Below, in pieces: positions 42,194 through 52,426 of a stretch of 64,000 bases of DNA. The translations under genes and the position numbers were made by a program. The notes under the pieces were generated by a model. That model searched no databases. It had not been told where the DNA came from and worked only from the letters and a program-made list of their open reading frames with translations. Position 1 is the first letter of the stretch, and each line of letters opens with the position of its first letter. This DNA is from Candidatus Cloacimonadota bacterium. Lineage in GTDB: Bacteria > Cloacimonadota > Cloacimonadia > G963667145. The stretch lies in NCBI GenBank assembly GCA_963676615.1, contig OY781092.1:864001-928000 (forward strand). The letters are read 5' to 3'.

Positions 42194-42789
42194 GAATGTG
42201 AATCTTTTCCGATAAGTTTCTTGATCTTTTTATCTCCAATCCACACAATCTGGTTCGTCTCGATGTTGATTAACTGCAAATCGATTTGATAAAATTTCGC
42301 CTGCTGACCATCATACTCGTCCAAAATCACGCTGATGTCGCCAGTGAGCATAAAATCGGCTCCCGTTTCTGCTGCAAGCCGTTTTGCCGTCTCCATCGAC
42401 GCATGCGACTGCTGCTGTGTCCGCTCATCACGCACCTGACCGCGCTCTGCCGAGCTCGCCACGAACTTAACTTTGCCCGAATTTATCAAAGCTTTTTGCA
42501 TATCTTTGACAAAAGTCATCGTGTTGATATGCTCGGTGGAATTTTTAAGGCCGATACCGCCGACAATAACCACGGGCTTTTGCCCATCGTGCGCTTGTTT
42601 AAAATCCGCAAGCCACGGCGCCGACAAACTTTGCTCAATCAAAGAACTGGCAGTCATCCTCGAATCCGTATCGTTCCACCTGCCGCTAAAATCTGTCTGT
42701 TTGTCCGCAGACACCCGCGAAACCTCTCTCGAAGCACATCCAAACAACAAAACGACCCCCAAAATTGAAATCAGAATTTTTTTCATCAT
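42187..42789 (-). CDS. lpoB: Penicillin-binding protein activator LpoB-family lipoprotein
   Basis: Lipobox LFGC, DFSGRWNDTD, EHINT, GADFMLTG, LINIETNQIVW. Confidence 0.85.
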   Translation of the reverse strand: MMKKILISILGVVLLFGCASREVSRVSADKQTDFSGRWNDTDSRMTASSLIEQSLSAPWLADFKQAHDGQKPVVIVGGIGLKNSTEHINTMTFVKDMQKALINSGKVKFVASSAERGQVRDERTQQQSHASMETAKRLAAETGADFMLTGDISVILDEYDGQQAKFYQIDLQLINIETNQIVWIGDKKIKKLIGKDSHSW

Positions 42790-42917
42790 CTCTCCTATAA
42801 TTTACAAAATTTTGTCCATTTCTATTAAGTTTTTGTTTTATGTCAAACTTTTTGTTCGCTTTCTCAAAAGCAAAATTCAAGCAGCAAACCAGCTGAAAAA
42901 AATCGCCCGCAAAGCCT

Positions 42918-43964
42918 CTATACCTGCACAAACTCCGCCATAATCGCATCCGCCACAAAATACGCATCTTCCCGCAAAGCTACCCTCTTTTTATCGACAA
43001 TCAAAAAATCTGCTAGCTTCGCCAAAATCCGCTCATACTCCCGCAAAAAATCTTTGCCAAATTTCTCACGATACTCTGATAAGAGCAAACCTCTAGTCAG
43101 CCGAAGATGCAAAAAAATAAACTCCGACTCAAGCTGCTTTTGGTCTAGCTCCTCGAACTCTCCGTGTCCGTCGGTGCGAAAAAACGCTCCACCGCTTTTG
43201 TAATAGCTACATCCGCCATCGCCAACTGCCAAATACTGCTTGCCCTGCCAATAGGCGAGGTTGTGCTGCGACTGGCAATGCGGCAAACAAAAATTGGACA
43301 ACTCATACTGCAAATAGCCCGCTCGAGGCAACTTCTGCCCGATTTCACGATAAAAACTTGCCAAAACTTCGTCCTCTGGCAAATTTTTCTTCTCCGCAAA
43401 AAGCGGCACGCCCTGCTCCAGCGACAGCAAATAAGTGGAAATGTGCTCTGGTTTCAGCGCCAAAAGCTCGTCGATTGACGCCCGCAAATCCGACAAAGTT
43501 TGTCGCGGCAACCCGTAAATCAAATCGCAAGAGATGTTGGCAAATCCCGCTTTTCGCAAACAATCAAACGCCAAAATATTTTGGTGACTGCTGGCTCTGC
43601 GCCCCAAAAATTTTAGCTCCTTATCCAAAAAAGATTGCGTGCCCAAACTCACTCGATTAAAGCCCAAACGCTTTAGATAGCGGGCATATTCGGCGGTTAT
43701 GTCGGCTGGATTGCACTCGATAGTCAGCTCCTGCACCGATTCCAAATCGACAAGCGCCAGAAGTTTTTGCAACCGCTCTGGACTAAGCAAAGACGGCGTT
43801 CCTCCGCCGAAGTAAACGGTTTTCGGCTTAAACTCGGGGAATTTCCCCAAAACATTTTTTGCTTTTTGATAATATAGGTTGAAATCGAAATTTACCTGCG
43901 AGAAAAAGCTGCAATAGCCGCATTTTTGCCTGCACCAAGGGATGTGAAAATACAGGTGTTCCAT
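42918..43964 (-). CDS. hemW: Radical SAM heme chaperone HemW (HemN-like)
   Basis: HIPWCRQKCGYCSF, YFGGGTPS, YELSNF, HNLAYW. Confidence 0.9.
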   Translation of the reverse strand: MEHLYFHIPWCRQKCGYCSFFSQVNFDFNLYYQKAKNVLGKFPEFKPKTVYFGGGTPSLLSPERLQKLLALVDLESVQELTIECNPADITAEYARYLKRLGFNRVSLGTQSFLDKELKFLGRRASSHQNILAFDCLRKAGFANISCDLIYGLPRQTLSDLRASIDELLALKPEHISTYLLSLEQGVPLFAEKKNLPEDEVLASFYREIGQKLPRAGYLQYELSNFCLPHCQSQHNLAYWQGKQYLAVGDGGCSYYKSGGAFFRTDGHGEFEELDQKQLESEFIFLHLRLTRGLLLSEYREKFGKDFLREYERILAKLADFLIVDKKRVALREDAYFVADAIMAEFVQV

Positions 43965-43974
43965 TTTTTTTTCG

Positions 43975-44352
43975 CTAGACCAATTTTAGCCCGAGGAAAA
44001 TTCCCAGCCAAACAAACAAAGCGCCCAAAACCAGATGTAGCAGCAGATATTGCCCGCAAAGCAGCCAATCGCCTTTTTCCAACAGCGAAAAAGCCTCGAA
44101 CATAAAGCTGGAATAAGTGGAAAATCCGCCCAAAAATCCGACAAAAACAAAGCGCCGCAAATTGGCGGAAAACCAGCTATAATGCTCGGAAATCGGGAAA
44201 AGCAAACCGAAAAGAAAACACGCCAAAAGGTTTATCAGCAAAGTGGAATACGGAATTTTTAGCTGTCCAAAAATTCCTGCCAAAAGCTCGCCGTTCAAAT
44301 ACCGAAAGCAAGCGCCCAAAAATCCACCCAAACCGATGTAAACAAGGCTCAT
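43975..44352 (-). CDS. crcB: Fluoride efflux channel Fluc/CrcB
   Basis: GGFLGACFRY, STLLIN, GFLGGFSTYSSF; 4 TM helices. Confidence 0.92.
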   Translation of the reverse strand: MSLVYIGLGGFLGACFRYLNGELLAGIFGQLKIPYSTLLINLLACFLFGLLFPISEHYSWFSANLRRFVFVGFLGGFSTYSSFMFEAFSLLEKGDWLLCGQYLLLHLVLGALFVWLGIFLGLKLV

Positions 44353-45345
44353 CTAGCTGGCAAATCCCATCGCTTTTCGCAAAATGTCCAAATTTCGCTG
44401 TGCCAGAGGTCGGACTCTTTCTGCGCCGTCTGCCAAAACCTTGTCCAAATAGGCTTTGTCGCCGATAATCTCGTCGTAAATTTTGCGCTTGTCCGCAACT
44501 TCCCGCTCGATTACTTCAAACAAAATCTGCTTAGCCTCGCCCCAACCCATTCCGCCTGCTCGATACTTTTGCGCCAAATCCGCCTGCTGCTCGGGCGTGC
44601 TAAAATGCTCATAAAGTGCAAAAACGCTGCAATTTTCGGGATCTTTCGGCTCGTCCACCGTTTGTGAATTGGTCTTAATCTTCATCACCAACTTCCGCAA
44701 CTTTTTACTCGGCGAAAAAAGCGGAATCGTGTTTCCATAAGATTTGCTCATCTTGCGACCATCCAAACCAAGCACCTGCATCTGCTTGCTAAACTTCGCT
44801 TTTGGAATCGTAAGTAGCTCATTTCCATAGGTGTTATTAATCACACGCGCCACCTCGGCACACATCTCCACATGCTGCTTTTGGTCTTTGCCGACTGGCA
44901 CAATATGCGGATGAAACAATAAAATATCCGCCGCCATCAAAACTGGATAGGTGAACAAACCGACATTAACATCGTCGTCCGCTGGGCGTCCAGCCTCCAA
45001 ATTTTTGGCAACCTTATCTTTATAGGAATGCGCCCGATTTAGCAGCCCCTTCGGCATAAACGCCGCCAAAATCGTCGCTAGCTCAAAAATCTGCGGAACA
45101 TCCGACTGGCGATAAAAGTGCGTCTTTTCGGGATTTAACCCGCAAGCCAACCAAGTCGCCGCAATCTGATACATACTCTCCAGCCGCTGGCCAGCATCTT
45201 TTATCGAATTTAGCGAATGATAATCCGCCATAAAATAGAACGACTCAAACTCGCTGGCGTGCTCCAGAGCAGGCCTAATCGCCCCCAAATAGTTCCCCAA
45301 ATGCGGCACTCCCGTCGTCTGAATGCCTGTCAACGACCTCTTCAT
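44353..45345 (-). CDS. trpS: Tryptophan--tRNA ligase
   Basis: HLGNY, YPVLMAADIL, VPVGKDQKQH, KMSKS. Confidence 0.98.
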   Translation of the reverse strand: MKRSLTGIQTTGVPHLGNYLGAIRPALEHASEFESFYFMADYHSLNSIKDAGQRLESMYQIAATWLACGLNPEKTHFYRQSDVPQIFELATILAAFMPKGLLNRAHSYKDKVAKNLEAGRPADDDVNVGLFTYPVLMAADILLFHPHIVPVGKDQKQHVEMCAEVARVINNTYGNELLTIPKAKFSKQMQVLGLDGRKMSKSYGNTIPLFSPSKKLRKLVMKIKTNSQTVDEPKDPENCSVFALYEHFSTPEQQADLAQKYRAGGMGWGEAKQILFEVIEREVADKRKIYDEIIGDKAYLDKVLADGAERVRPLAQRNLDILRKAMGFAS

Positions 45346-45380
45346 AAAAAATCCTTCCTCTTTTGTAAATCCAACTTCCG

Positions 45381-46628
45381 CTAAAATTTGCCGAGCACAT
45401 TTTGCAAAAAATCGTCCCGCAACTTGAGCGCACTCGCATAAGGAGCGTTCGCCACAAACGCAAACAAATAAAGCTTGTTGCCTTTTCCCAGATAAAGCCC
45501 CGAAAGCGCGCTCACATCTGCAAGCGAGCCGCTTTTCCCTTTGACCCTGAGCGGAATTTCCACACTCTGCAAAGTTCCCTCTTTTCCCATTTCTGGCAGC
45601 CCCGCAAAAAAATCCAACCGCAAAAACGGCTTATCCCAAGCGTATTTCAACAATTTCAAAATCGTTTGCGCTGACAAGTAATTTTTGCCCAGACCGCTAC
45701 AACTGGCAAGATTTGCCGCTTCGCCCAAACTATCCACAACAAAATCTTCCAAAACTTGCGCACCCATCGACGAATCGCCGTATCTTTTTTGCGCCAAATA
45801 GCACCCCAAAGACTCCGCAATAAAATTCGAGGAGTAAACATTCATCAGCCGCAAAATCTCGTCCAGCGGCTTAGACTTGTGGATGTAAACACCGTCGTAA
45901 TCGAAAAAATCGTCTGGCAACTTTTGCCGAACAAGCGCCGTGTTGGACGGCAAATCCAGATAATAACACAGCGCATAAAAAAAATGGCTGGTCGGATCAA
46001 ACACCCGTTTGTATAGCGTTTTCTGGGGCGTCGCTCGATTTGATCCCGTCTGAATCAGCAGCTTGTCGTGCCAACTGCGAGTGACGATTTTATCCCCCAA
46101 GCCGTCTTCGTGCCGCACAACGAAATAATCTCCAGGAGTTTTCACAAAAATTTTGCCATCCAAAACATCGAGCTGATAGGTGTTGTAATTCAGCGCCAGC
46201 GCACTCACGGGCGCATTGTAGGCTCGGTCGTTTTTGGCTTTGAGCGCCCGAATTTCCGTTGCAGAAGAGAACAGATCATCGTCAATAACCACCGCTTTCG
46301 CAGCCTTTACACCAGCTTTTTTCAGTTCCAAACCGACAAGATAAAGCTCCTCCATCACCAAAGCTGGATCGCCGCCAGCTTGCACAAAAAGCGTGTCGTG
46401 ATGCCAGCGGAATTTGGTCGAAAACCGAAAACCTGCGCCAAGCTCCTGCAACGCAACCACCGCAGTAAAAAGCTTCAGGTTCGAGGCGATATTCAGCCTC
46501 AGCTCTTGTCCACTTTGGGCAACAACTTTTTCTTCCGCCAAATCGTAAACAATGTAACCCTCTTCGGCAAAAATCGCCTGACAAAACAACAAAAACGCCA
46601 AAAAAATCAGCGCCTTGCCGCCTCTCAC
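45381..46628 (-). CDS. dacB: D-Ala-D-Ala carboxypeptidase/endopeptidase, peptidase S13 (PBP4)
   Basis: ASNLK (SxxK), GGDP, SSN (SxN), KSGSL. Confidence 0.88.
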   Translation of the reverse strand: MRGGKALIFLAFLLFCQAIFAEEGYIVYDLAEEKVVAQSGQELRLNIASNLKLFTAVVALQELGAGFRFSTKFRWHHDTLFVQAGGDPALVMEELYLVGLELKKAGVKAAKAVVIDDDLFSSATEIRALKAKNDRAYNAPVSALALNYNTYQLDVLDGKIFVKTPGDYFVVRHEDGLGDKIVTRSWHDKLLIQTGSNRATPQKTLYKRVFDPTSHFFYALCYYLDLPSNTALVRQKLPDDFFDYDGVYIHKSKPLDEILRLMNVYSSNFIAESLGCYLAQKRYGDSSMGAQVLEDFVVDSLGEAANLASCSGLGKNYLSAQTILKLLKYAWDKPFLRLDFFAGLPEMGKEGTLQSVEIPLRVKGKSGSLADVSALSGLYLGKGNKLYLFAFVANAPYASALKLRDDFLQNVLGKF

Positions 46629-47626
46629 AAAAGACCTCGCACAGCCTCAAAATCGACTTTATAATCGATACGCAAACTCACCAAACGCTCACGCACCGCT
46701 GCATTCTCGCGCAATTTCACCAAATCTTTGTCCGTCACCAGCAAAAAATCGGCTGACGACAACTTTTCCAGCGGCAAATCCGAAAAATCGCAGTGATCGC
46801 TAAAAGCAAACTTTTCGGCGAGCACCACACCCGCTTTTTCGAGAGACTTTTCAAAAGCAAGAGGGTCTGCAATCGCCGACACAGCGTAACATTTTCCGCT
46901 CGTGAGTTTTTGCAGGCTCACTTTTTTGCCATCTGCGTCAAAAAAACCGACAGCCGCAATTTCGCCCTGCAACAGCTGTTTCCCGCATTTTTTCGCCAAA
47001 GTTTCCACCTGCAAATTTTCGCCGTCTACCACAACGCAATCGGCAGCCGCCAAAGCTCGCTTCCCTTCCCGCAAATATCCCGCAGGCAAGCACCAGCCGT
47101 TGCCAAGACCAACTTTGGCTTTGAACAAAACGAAATCGAAATCGTGAGCGACCGCAAAATTTTGGAAAGAATCTTCCAAAATAATCACATCCAAATCGGG
47201 AAATTTCTGCTGCAAACAGCGCACCGCCAAAAGCCGATTTTTGCCCACAACAACTGGCACTCCTGGCAACTTTTCCGCCAAAAGCTGCGGCTCGTCGCCC
47301 GCTTTTTTGGCTATCGAAAAAATCCGCTGCCGATCACTAATCAGGCTCACACCGCTCTCCAGCTGGCTTTTATAACCTCGCACAGAGATCGCCACTTTCA
47401 TCCCTTTGCTCAAAAAAAATCTCGCCAAGCTGACATCAAACGGCGTCTTTCCAGAGCCTCCACAAACGATATTCCCCACGCCAACTATCTTCACACCCCC
47501 GATTTTTTTCGGACTAGCTTTTGCCCGCTTTATCGCCGTTATAGCCTGATAGAGCAGCGAAAATCCAAACAAACCTCGCGAAAGCCACGATTTTTTTTTC
47601 AGGTGTTTTTCGGCGAAATCGCTCAT
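46625..47626 (-). CDS. lpxK: Tetraacyldisaccharide 4'-kinase
   Basis: VGNIVCGGSGKTP, RGY, GDEP, LPAGYLRE, TDKDLVKL. Confidence 0.93.
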   Translation of the reverse strand: MSDFAEKHLKKKSWLSRGLFGFSLLYQAITAIKRAKASPKKIGGVKIVGVGNIVCGGSGKTPFDVSLARFFLSKGMKVAISVRGYKSQLESGVSLISDRQRIFSIAKKAGDEPQLLAEKLPGVPVVVGKNRLLAVRCLQQKFPDLDVIILEDSFQNFAVAHDFDFVLFKAKVGLGNGWCLPAGYLREGKRALAAADCVVVDGENLQVETLAKKCGKQLLQGEIAAVGFFDADGKKVSLQKLTSGKCYAVSAIADPLAFEKSLEKAGVVLAEKFAFSDHCDFSDLPLEKLSSADFLLVTDKDLVKLRENAAVRERLVSLRIDYKVDFEAVRGLL

Positions 47627-48615
47627 TCGCTCACCAGAGAATAATGTTCAAAATTTTGCCTAAAAAAATCGATTGTAAAGGCGATGTCGGCAGGCAGTTC
47701 CGCCTCAAAACGCAGATTTTTTTTGCTGATCGGATGCTCAAAACTCAAAACGCTGGAGTGTAGCGCAGTTCGCAAAAGGTGGTTTTTTAGCAAAGATTTC
47801 ATCTTTTTGGCGAAACTCGGCGGAACTCGCACCACAGCGTCTTTATTGCTGCCATAAACTTTGTCCGCCAAAATCGGATGCCCCAAATGCGCCAGATGCA
47901 CACGAATTTGGTGCGTTCTGCCCGTGAGAATTTTTATGCGAACCAGCGAAAAAAAGTCGTAACTTTCCAAACTCTCATACTCCGAAATCGCCAGCTTGCC
48001 CACTGGATAGACGCCCATTTTGCGAAAATCTTTTTTGCTGCGAGCCACAAAATTTTCCACTCGTCCCGCCAATGGCTCGAGATTGCCGAGCACCAAAGCC
48101 AAATAACTTTTGCCGATTTCTCGTCTGGCGAACTTTTCCGCAAGAGCTATAGCCGCCGCATCGTTTTTGGCGATAAGCATCAAACCCGAAGTCTCCTGAT
48201 CCAACCGATGAACGATGCCCGGACGCACCGTGTCCAAATTTGCCAAATTTTCGCCAAATCTCGCCAGCAGACCGCTGACCAAAGTTCCCGAAAATTGCCC
48301 GTTGCCGGGATGCACACAAACGCCAGCGGGCTTGTTGATCACCGCCAGATGCTCGTCCTCATAAACAACTGCAAAATCAACATCTTCCGCCTGCAATTTT
48401 TGCTCCAACGGTTCCTGCTCGGGCGCTGTCACCTGCAGCAAATCTCCCGCTTGCAACCTAAAACTTTTTTTGCTCTCGACCTTGCCATTTACCTGCACCA
48501 AACCATCGGCAATAATCTTGCCCGCTTTGCTGCGAGAGCTGAACTCTTCTTGCAAAAACTTATCTAGCCGCTGCTCCGCATCGCCAACAAATCGCAAAAT
48601 TTTTCGTTCATTCAC
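47623..48615 (-). CDS. RluA/RluD-family pseudouridine synthase
   Basis: S4 domain, NKPAG..VHP, RPGIVHRLDQETSG, TGRTHQIRVH. Confidence 0.94.
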   Translation of the reverse strand: MNERKILRFVGDAEQRLDKFLQEEFSSRSKAGKIIADGLVQVNGKVESKKSFRLQAGDLLQVTAPEQEPLEQKLQAEDVDFAVVYEDEHLAVINKPAGVCVHPGNGQFSGTLVSGLLARFGENLANLDTVRPGIVHRLDQETSGLMLIAKNDAAAIALAEKFARREIGKSYLALVLGNLEPLAGRVENFVARSKKDFRKMGVYPVGKLAISEYESLESYDFFSLVRIKILTGRTHQIRVHLAHLGHPILADKVYGSNKDAVVRVPPSFAKKMKSLLKNHLLRTALHSSVLSFEHPISKKNLRFEAELPADIAFTIDFFRQNFEHYSLVSE

Positions 48616-49355
48616 TCTTTTTTGTCTTTTCGTTTTGTGTTGCCCTTGATGCTCACAGCGATAACAAACCCAAGCGGCTCAAGGTTCGCCCCCCGCACAA
48701 CCGCACTCTTCAGCCCAAAATGCAGCTCCAACTTTTTCATATTATAAAAAATCGGCTCCTGCGCATCTTTTGCCTCCAACACCGCCGCAGCATAATCTTT
48801 CAGCTTTTGCGAACTCGCCCCCAGCGTCGCGTTGAGCAAATTCGCACCCTCTTCGACATCGGGAAAATAGTCCCGCAGCAAATTCGACACACTCACCACT
48901 TCGCCCTGCAAATCGACAATCAGATAGCCGTCGCTCGACACAGAATAAAGCGCCTCCAGCCGTGAACGCTGCTCCAAAATCTTCATCTTCTTCAGCTCGT
49001 CGAACTCCTTTAGCTCGTCATACATAATCCGCACTTCGTCGTAAAGATGCAGCACCTCTTTTTCCGCATTCGGCACCTTTATCGCAGAGTTAAATTTGCC
49101 CACACCAATGTCCTTCACCACGCGGATTACCCCGCTGAGCATCTTCGTCAAAAACCTTGGAATAAACAAAAACAAAATCGCGCCGATAGCAAACTGCACC
49201 ACCACCAAAATCATCAAATTGTTCAAAAAAGTGTTTTTAATATAATTTTCCGCAATCGAATAATTGTCCGTAAATCTAACCGTATAAATAAGTTGCGCAA
49301 CCGAAAGCAAAATCAAAACCAGCATAAAAAATCGCAATACAAACTTCAATCTCAT
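48612..49355 (-). CDS. Membrane protein with 2 TM helices and HAMP-like plus PAS-like segments, no kinase domain
   Basis: Two hydrophobic helices, then IRVVKDIGVGKFNSAI...EVLHL (HAMP-like) and SSDGYLIVDLQGEVVSVS (PAS-like start). Confidence 0.55.
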   Translation of the reverse strand: MRLKFVLRFFMLVLILLSVAQLIYTVRFTDNYSIAENYIKNTFLNNLMILVVVQFAIGAILFLFIPRFLTKMLSGVIRVVKDIGVGKFNSAIKVPNAEKEVLHLYDEVRIMYDELKEFDELKKMKILEQRSRLEALYSVSSDGYLIVDLQGEVVSVSNLLRDYFPDVEEGANLLNATLGASSQKLKDYAAAVLEAKDAQEPIFYNMKKLELHFGLKSAVVRGANLEPLGFVIAVSIKGNTKRKDKKE

Positions 49356-49360
49356 AACTA

Positions 49361-50065
49361 TCAGCTCCTTTTAAACTTATCGATAAATAAGTTCACATTC
49401 TCTTGCAAACCGATCAGCAAAAAAGAGTCGCCGCTGGAGAGCAAATCGTTGGCTTTTGGGCGGTCGTTCATCACAAACTGCACCTGATTTTCGCCGTTTT
49501 CGTCCACAACTTTTTTCCGTCGCTTGATGGCAATCACATTCAGCCCATACTTCACCAAAATTTCCGCCTCCGAGAGCGACTTGCCCCAAAACTGTTCGGG
49601 AATCTCGATCTCCACCAGCGAGTGCGTTTTGGAAATCTCCGTATAAGCCAAAATGTTGTTGTGCAAAATCGTCCGCGCCAGCTCAATGCCCACTTTTTTC
49701 TCGGGAAAAATCGCATTAAAAACACCCATTCGCTCCAAAATATCTTTGTGGATTTGGTCTTTCACCTTGCTGTAAATCACCGGGATTTTCATCTTTTTCA
49801 GGAGCATATTTATCGTGATATTTATCTCAATATTGCTGCAAGTAGCAACAATCACCGCATCCATCTCGTGCAAATTCAGCTGGTTAAGCACAGCCTCGTC
49901 CGTCGCATCGGCGTTAATGGCAGAGCTCACTAGCCCCTGTGCCTGCATTTTGTCGGTCATTTTTTTGTTAATATCCACCGCCCAAACCTCGACGCCCGCC
50001 TCATACAGCTCCGTAGCCACCGTGCTGCCAAATTTGCCCAAACCCAGCACCGCATATTTACTCAT
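49361..50065 (-). CDS. ktrA: Potassium uptake regulatory subunit, KtrA/TrkA family
   Basis: GLGKFG Rossmann motif, RCK-N and RCK-C domains, IFPEK. Confidence 0.92.
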   Translation of the reverse strand: MSKYAVLGLGKFGSTVATELYEAGVEVWAVDINKKMTDKMQAQGLVSSAINADATDEAVLNQLNLHEMDAVIVATCSNIEINITINMLLKKMKIPVIYSKVKDQIHKDILERMGVFNAIFPEKKVGIELARTILHNNILAYTEISKTHSLVEIEIPEQFWGKSLSEAEILVKYGLNVIAIKRRKKVVDENGENQVQFVMNDRPKANDLLSSGDSFLLIGLQENVNLFIDKFKRS

Positions 50066-50104
50066 AACCTATCTCCTTTCCGTAATTCACTCATATGCAA
50101 AAAG

Positions 50105-51841
50105 TTAGCCAATATTTATATTTTCCACTGGATAAACGAACACATTTTTTTCGCTCGTATCCGACAGCGCAAAAATTATCGTCAGCGGCCCGATTCTGCC
50201 AAAAAACATCAAAAACATTACCACCAATTTACCAGCCCACGAGAGGCTGGAGGTGATGCCCATACTCAGCCCAACTGTGCCAAAAGCCGACACCGCTTCA
50301 AAAATAATCGGCTTGAGTCCAAAAGGCTCCAGAGCGAACAAAAAGAAAATCGCCACCAAAATCGTCAGCATCGCTATCGCCAAAAGGGCAATCACCTGAT
50401 TTAGCTTGCTCAGCGGGATGCTCCGTTTGAACACCGTTATGCGCTTGTTGCCTTTCAAAAGCGAAAAAACAGCCACCACGACAATCGCCAAAGTCGTTGT
50501 TTTGATGCCGCCTCCAGTGGAGCTGGGACTCGCACCAATCAGCATAAAAAGCAGCGTCCACAAAAACGACGAATCGGACAAACTCGCCTGGTCAATCGTA
50601 TTGAAGCCGCAAGTTCTGGTCGTGACCGACTGAAAAAACGAGTGCCCCATCCGCTGCAAATTGTCCATATTGCTCATCGAGCTGTTCACCTCGGAAAAGT
50701 AGTAAAAAATCGAGCCCAAAATCAGCAAAAAAATCGTCGTGTTTACCGCAATTTTGGTGTGTAGCGACAGGCGCCCAAACCGCAAATTTCTCTTTTTGAC
50801 CAAGTTCCAGATGTCTATCAAACTAGGAAATCCAAGGCCTCCCAAAATTATCAAAGCAGGCACCACCACCACCAAATACCAGCTGAGATTTAGCCGCTCA
50901 AAACTGCTCGAATAAAGCGAAAATCCAGCGTTGCAAAAAGAAGAAATCGAGTGAAAAACCGCAAAATAACCAGCTTTTAGGTGCGAATAATCAAGCCCTC
51001 TGAAGTTAAAATAGAGCAGCACCGCTCCCAAAAATTCGATGGTGAAAGTCAAAATAATCACATTCCGCACCAGCGAACCGATGCTGTAGCCGCTCAAAAT
51101 TCCGCTAACCGTCTCGACCATCGATCTGCCCGCAGAGTTGATTTTTTCACCGATAATAAGCGCAAACAAAGTCGAAATCGTCATTATTCCCAGACCGCCG
51201 ATTTGGATTAGCGCCAAAATCACAAGTTGCCCAAATAGAGTAAAATAGGTGTATGTGTTTTTGACCACCAGCCCCGTCACGCAGACCGCAGAAGTGGAAG
51301 TAAAAAAAGCGTCAATCAGCGAGATTTTGCCCTTAACCACCGACATCGGCAGCTTTAGCAAAACCGCTCCCAAAAAAATCGCCAGCAAAAAACTGATAAT
51401 CACCAGATACGACGGGTTGTTGTAATACTTTTCCAAAATCGGATTGTCGTGCGGATTGGTGGAAAACGAGTAAAGAAAGCGCGCGATTTGGCGAAAAATT
51501 ATGAAAAGGAAAAAGAAATTGCTGCTAGAATAACTCCAGAAAAAGAAAAAGAGGATGCTCTCAGCAACGACCAGCACCTGCCGTGCGGGCGGAAACTGCT
51601 TGAAATTGAGATAAAAAAGCGCCACATTTAAACCGTAAACTCCCAGCACTATCAAGCCATAATGCTCCAAAAAAAAGCTGTTCGGAAGCTCGGAAACATT
51701 GACTCCCAAAAGCAAAAACCCAAGATTTACTAGGGCAAAAAAGTAGAGTGCCAGCCTTGATACAAAGACCAGCACCTCCGCTTTGCTATAAATTTTCTTT
51801 GATATTTCCAAAAACTTGCTCCGGCGATTGATCGGCATCAA
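50105..51841 (-). CDS. ktrB: Potassium uptake membrane subunit, KtrB/TrkH family, with N-terminal TM extension
   Basis: SAVCVTGL, FCNAGF, TRTCGF, STGGGIKT, SAFGTVGLS pore loops; exact start uncertain (overlaps adk). Confidence 0.92.
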   Translation of the reverse strand: MMPINRRSKFLEISKKIYSKAEVLVFVSRLALYFFALVNLGFLLLGVNVSELPNSFFLEHYGLIVLGVYGLNVALFYLNFKQFPPARQVLVVAESILFFFFWSYSSSNFFFLFIIFRQIARFLYSFSTNPHDNPILEKYYNNPSYLVIISFLLAIFLGAVLLKLPMSVVKGKISLIDAFFTSTSAVCVTGLVVKNTYTYFTLFGQLVILALIQIGGLGIMTISTLFALIIGEKINSAGRSMVETVSGILSGYSIGSLVRNVIILTFTIEFLGAVLLYFNFRGLDYSHLKAGYFAVFHSISSFCNAGFSLYSSSFERLNLSWYLVVVVPALIILGGLGFPSLIDIWNLVKKRNLRFGRLSLHTKIAVNTTIFLLILGSIFYYFSEVNSSMSNMDNLQRMGHSFFQSVTTRTCGFNTIDQASLSDSSFLWTLLFMLIGASPSSTGGGIKTTTLAIVVVAVFSLLKGNKRITVFKRSIPLSKLNQVIALLAIAMLTILVAIFFLFALEPFGLKPIIFEAVSAFGTVGLSMGITSSLSWAGKLVVMFLMFFGRIGPLTIIFALSDTSEKNVFVYPVENINIG

Positions 51842-52415
51842 CTTTTATCAAAATATTTTTTGATGCGAAAAAATCGAGCAACGGCTCGGTCTGCTTTTTG
51901 AAAGTCGCCACTCTTTTGGCAATCGCTTTGGGATTGTCGTCGTCCCTGCGCTGCAAGGGCTTGCCGCATTTATCGCAAACATCTGCCACTTTCGGCTGGT
52001 GAATCAGACTGTATTCGATGTTGCAACTCGGGCAATTTTGCCGCGCGGACATTCTGGCAATCGCCAAATCTTCTTTGAGGTCCATATAAATCACTTTGTC
52101 GATTTCGAACTCCTGCAAAAGAAACTCCGCCTGCGAAATATTGCGGGGGAAACCGTCCAAAATAAACCCTTTGCCTTGTTTGTCGATTTCTTGCTTCAAA
52201 AGTCGAATCACAAGCTCGTCTGGCACAAGCTCGCCCTCATCGAGATACCCCTTGAGCTCTTTGCCGATAGGCGTTTGCTCTTTGATATGCGCGCGAAAAA
52301 GGTCGCCCGTGCTAATGTGCGCCAAGTCAAAAGCCTCTTTTATTTTTTTGGATTGCGTGCCTTTGCCGCAACCTTGAATACCCATAATGCAAATCGCTAA
52401 CTTATTATTATACAT
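51786..52415 (-). CDS. adk: Adenylate kinase with 4-Cys zinc lid
   Basis: GIQGCGKGTQ, HISTGDLFR, LDGFPR, CPSC...CDKC. Confidence 0.93.
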   Translation of the reverse strand: MYNNKLAICIMGIQGCGKGTQSKKIKEAFDLAHISTGDLFRAHIKEQTPIGKELKGYLDEGELVPDELVIRLLKQEIDKQGKGFILDGFPRNISQAEFLLQEFEIDKVIYMDLKEDLAIARMSARQNCPSCNIEYSLIHQPKVADVCDKCGKPLQRRDDDNPKAIAKRVATFKKQTEPLLDFFASKNILIKVDADQSPEQVFGNIKENL

Positions 52416-52426
52416 AGACTTACTCC

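Noticed and set aside
43975..44360. Fluoride riboswitch ahead of crcB
   Set aside because: The crcB ATG directly abuts the trpS stop, leaving no leader.
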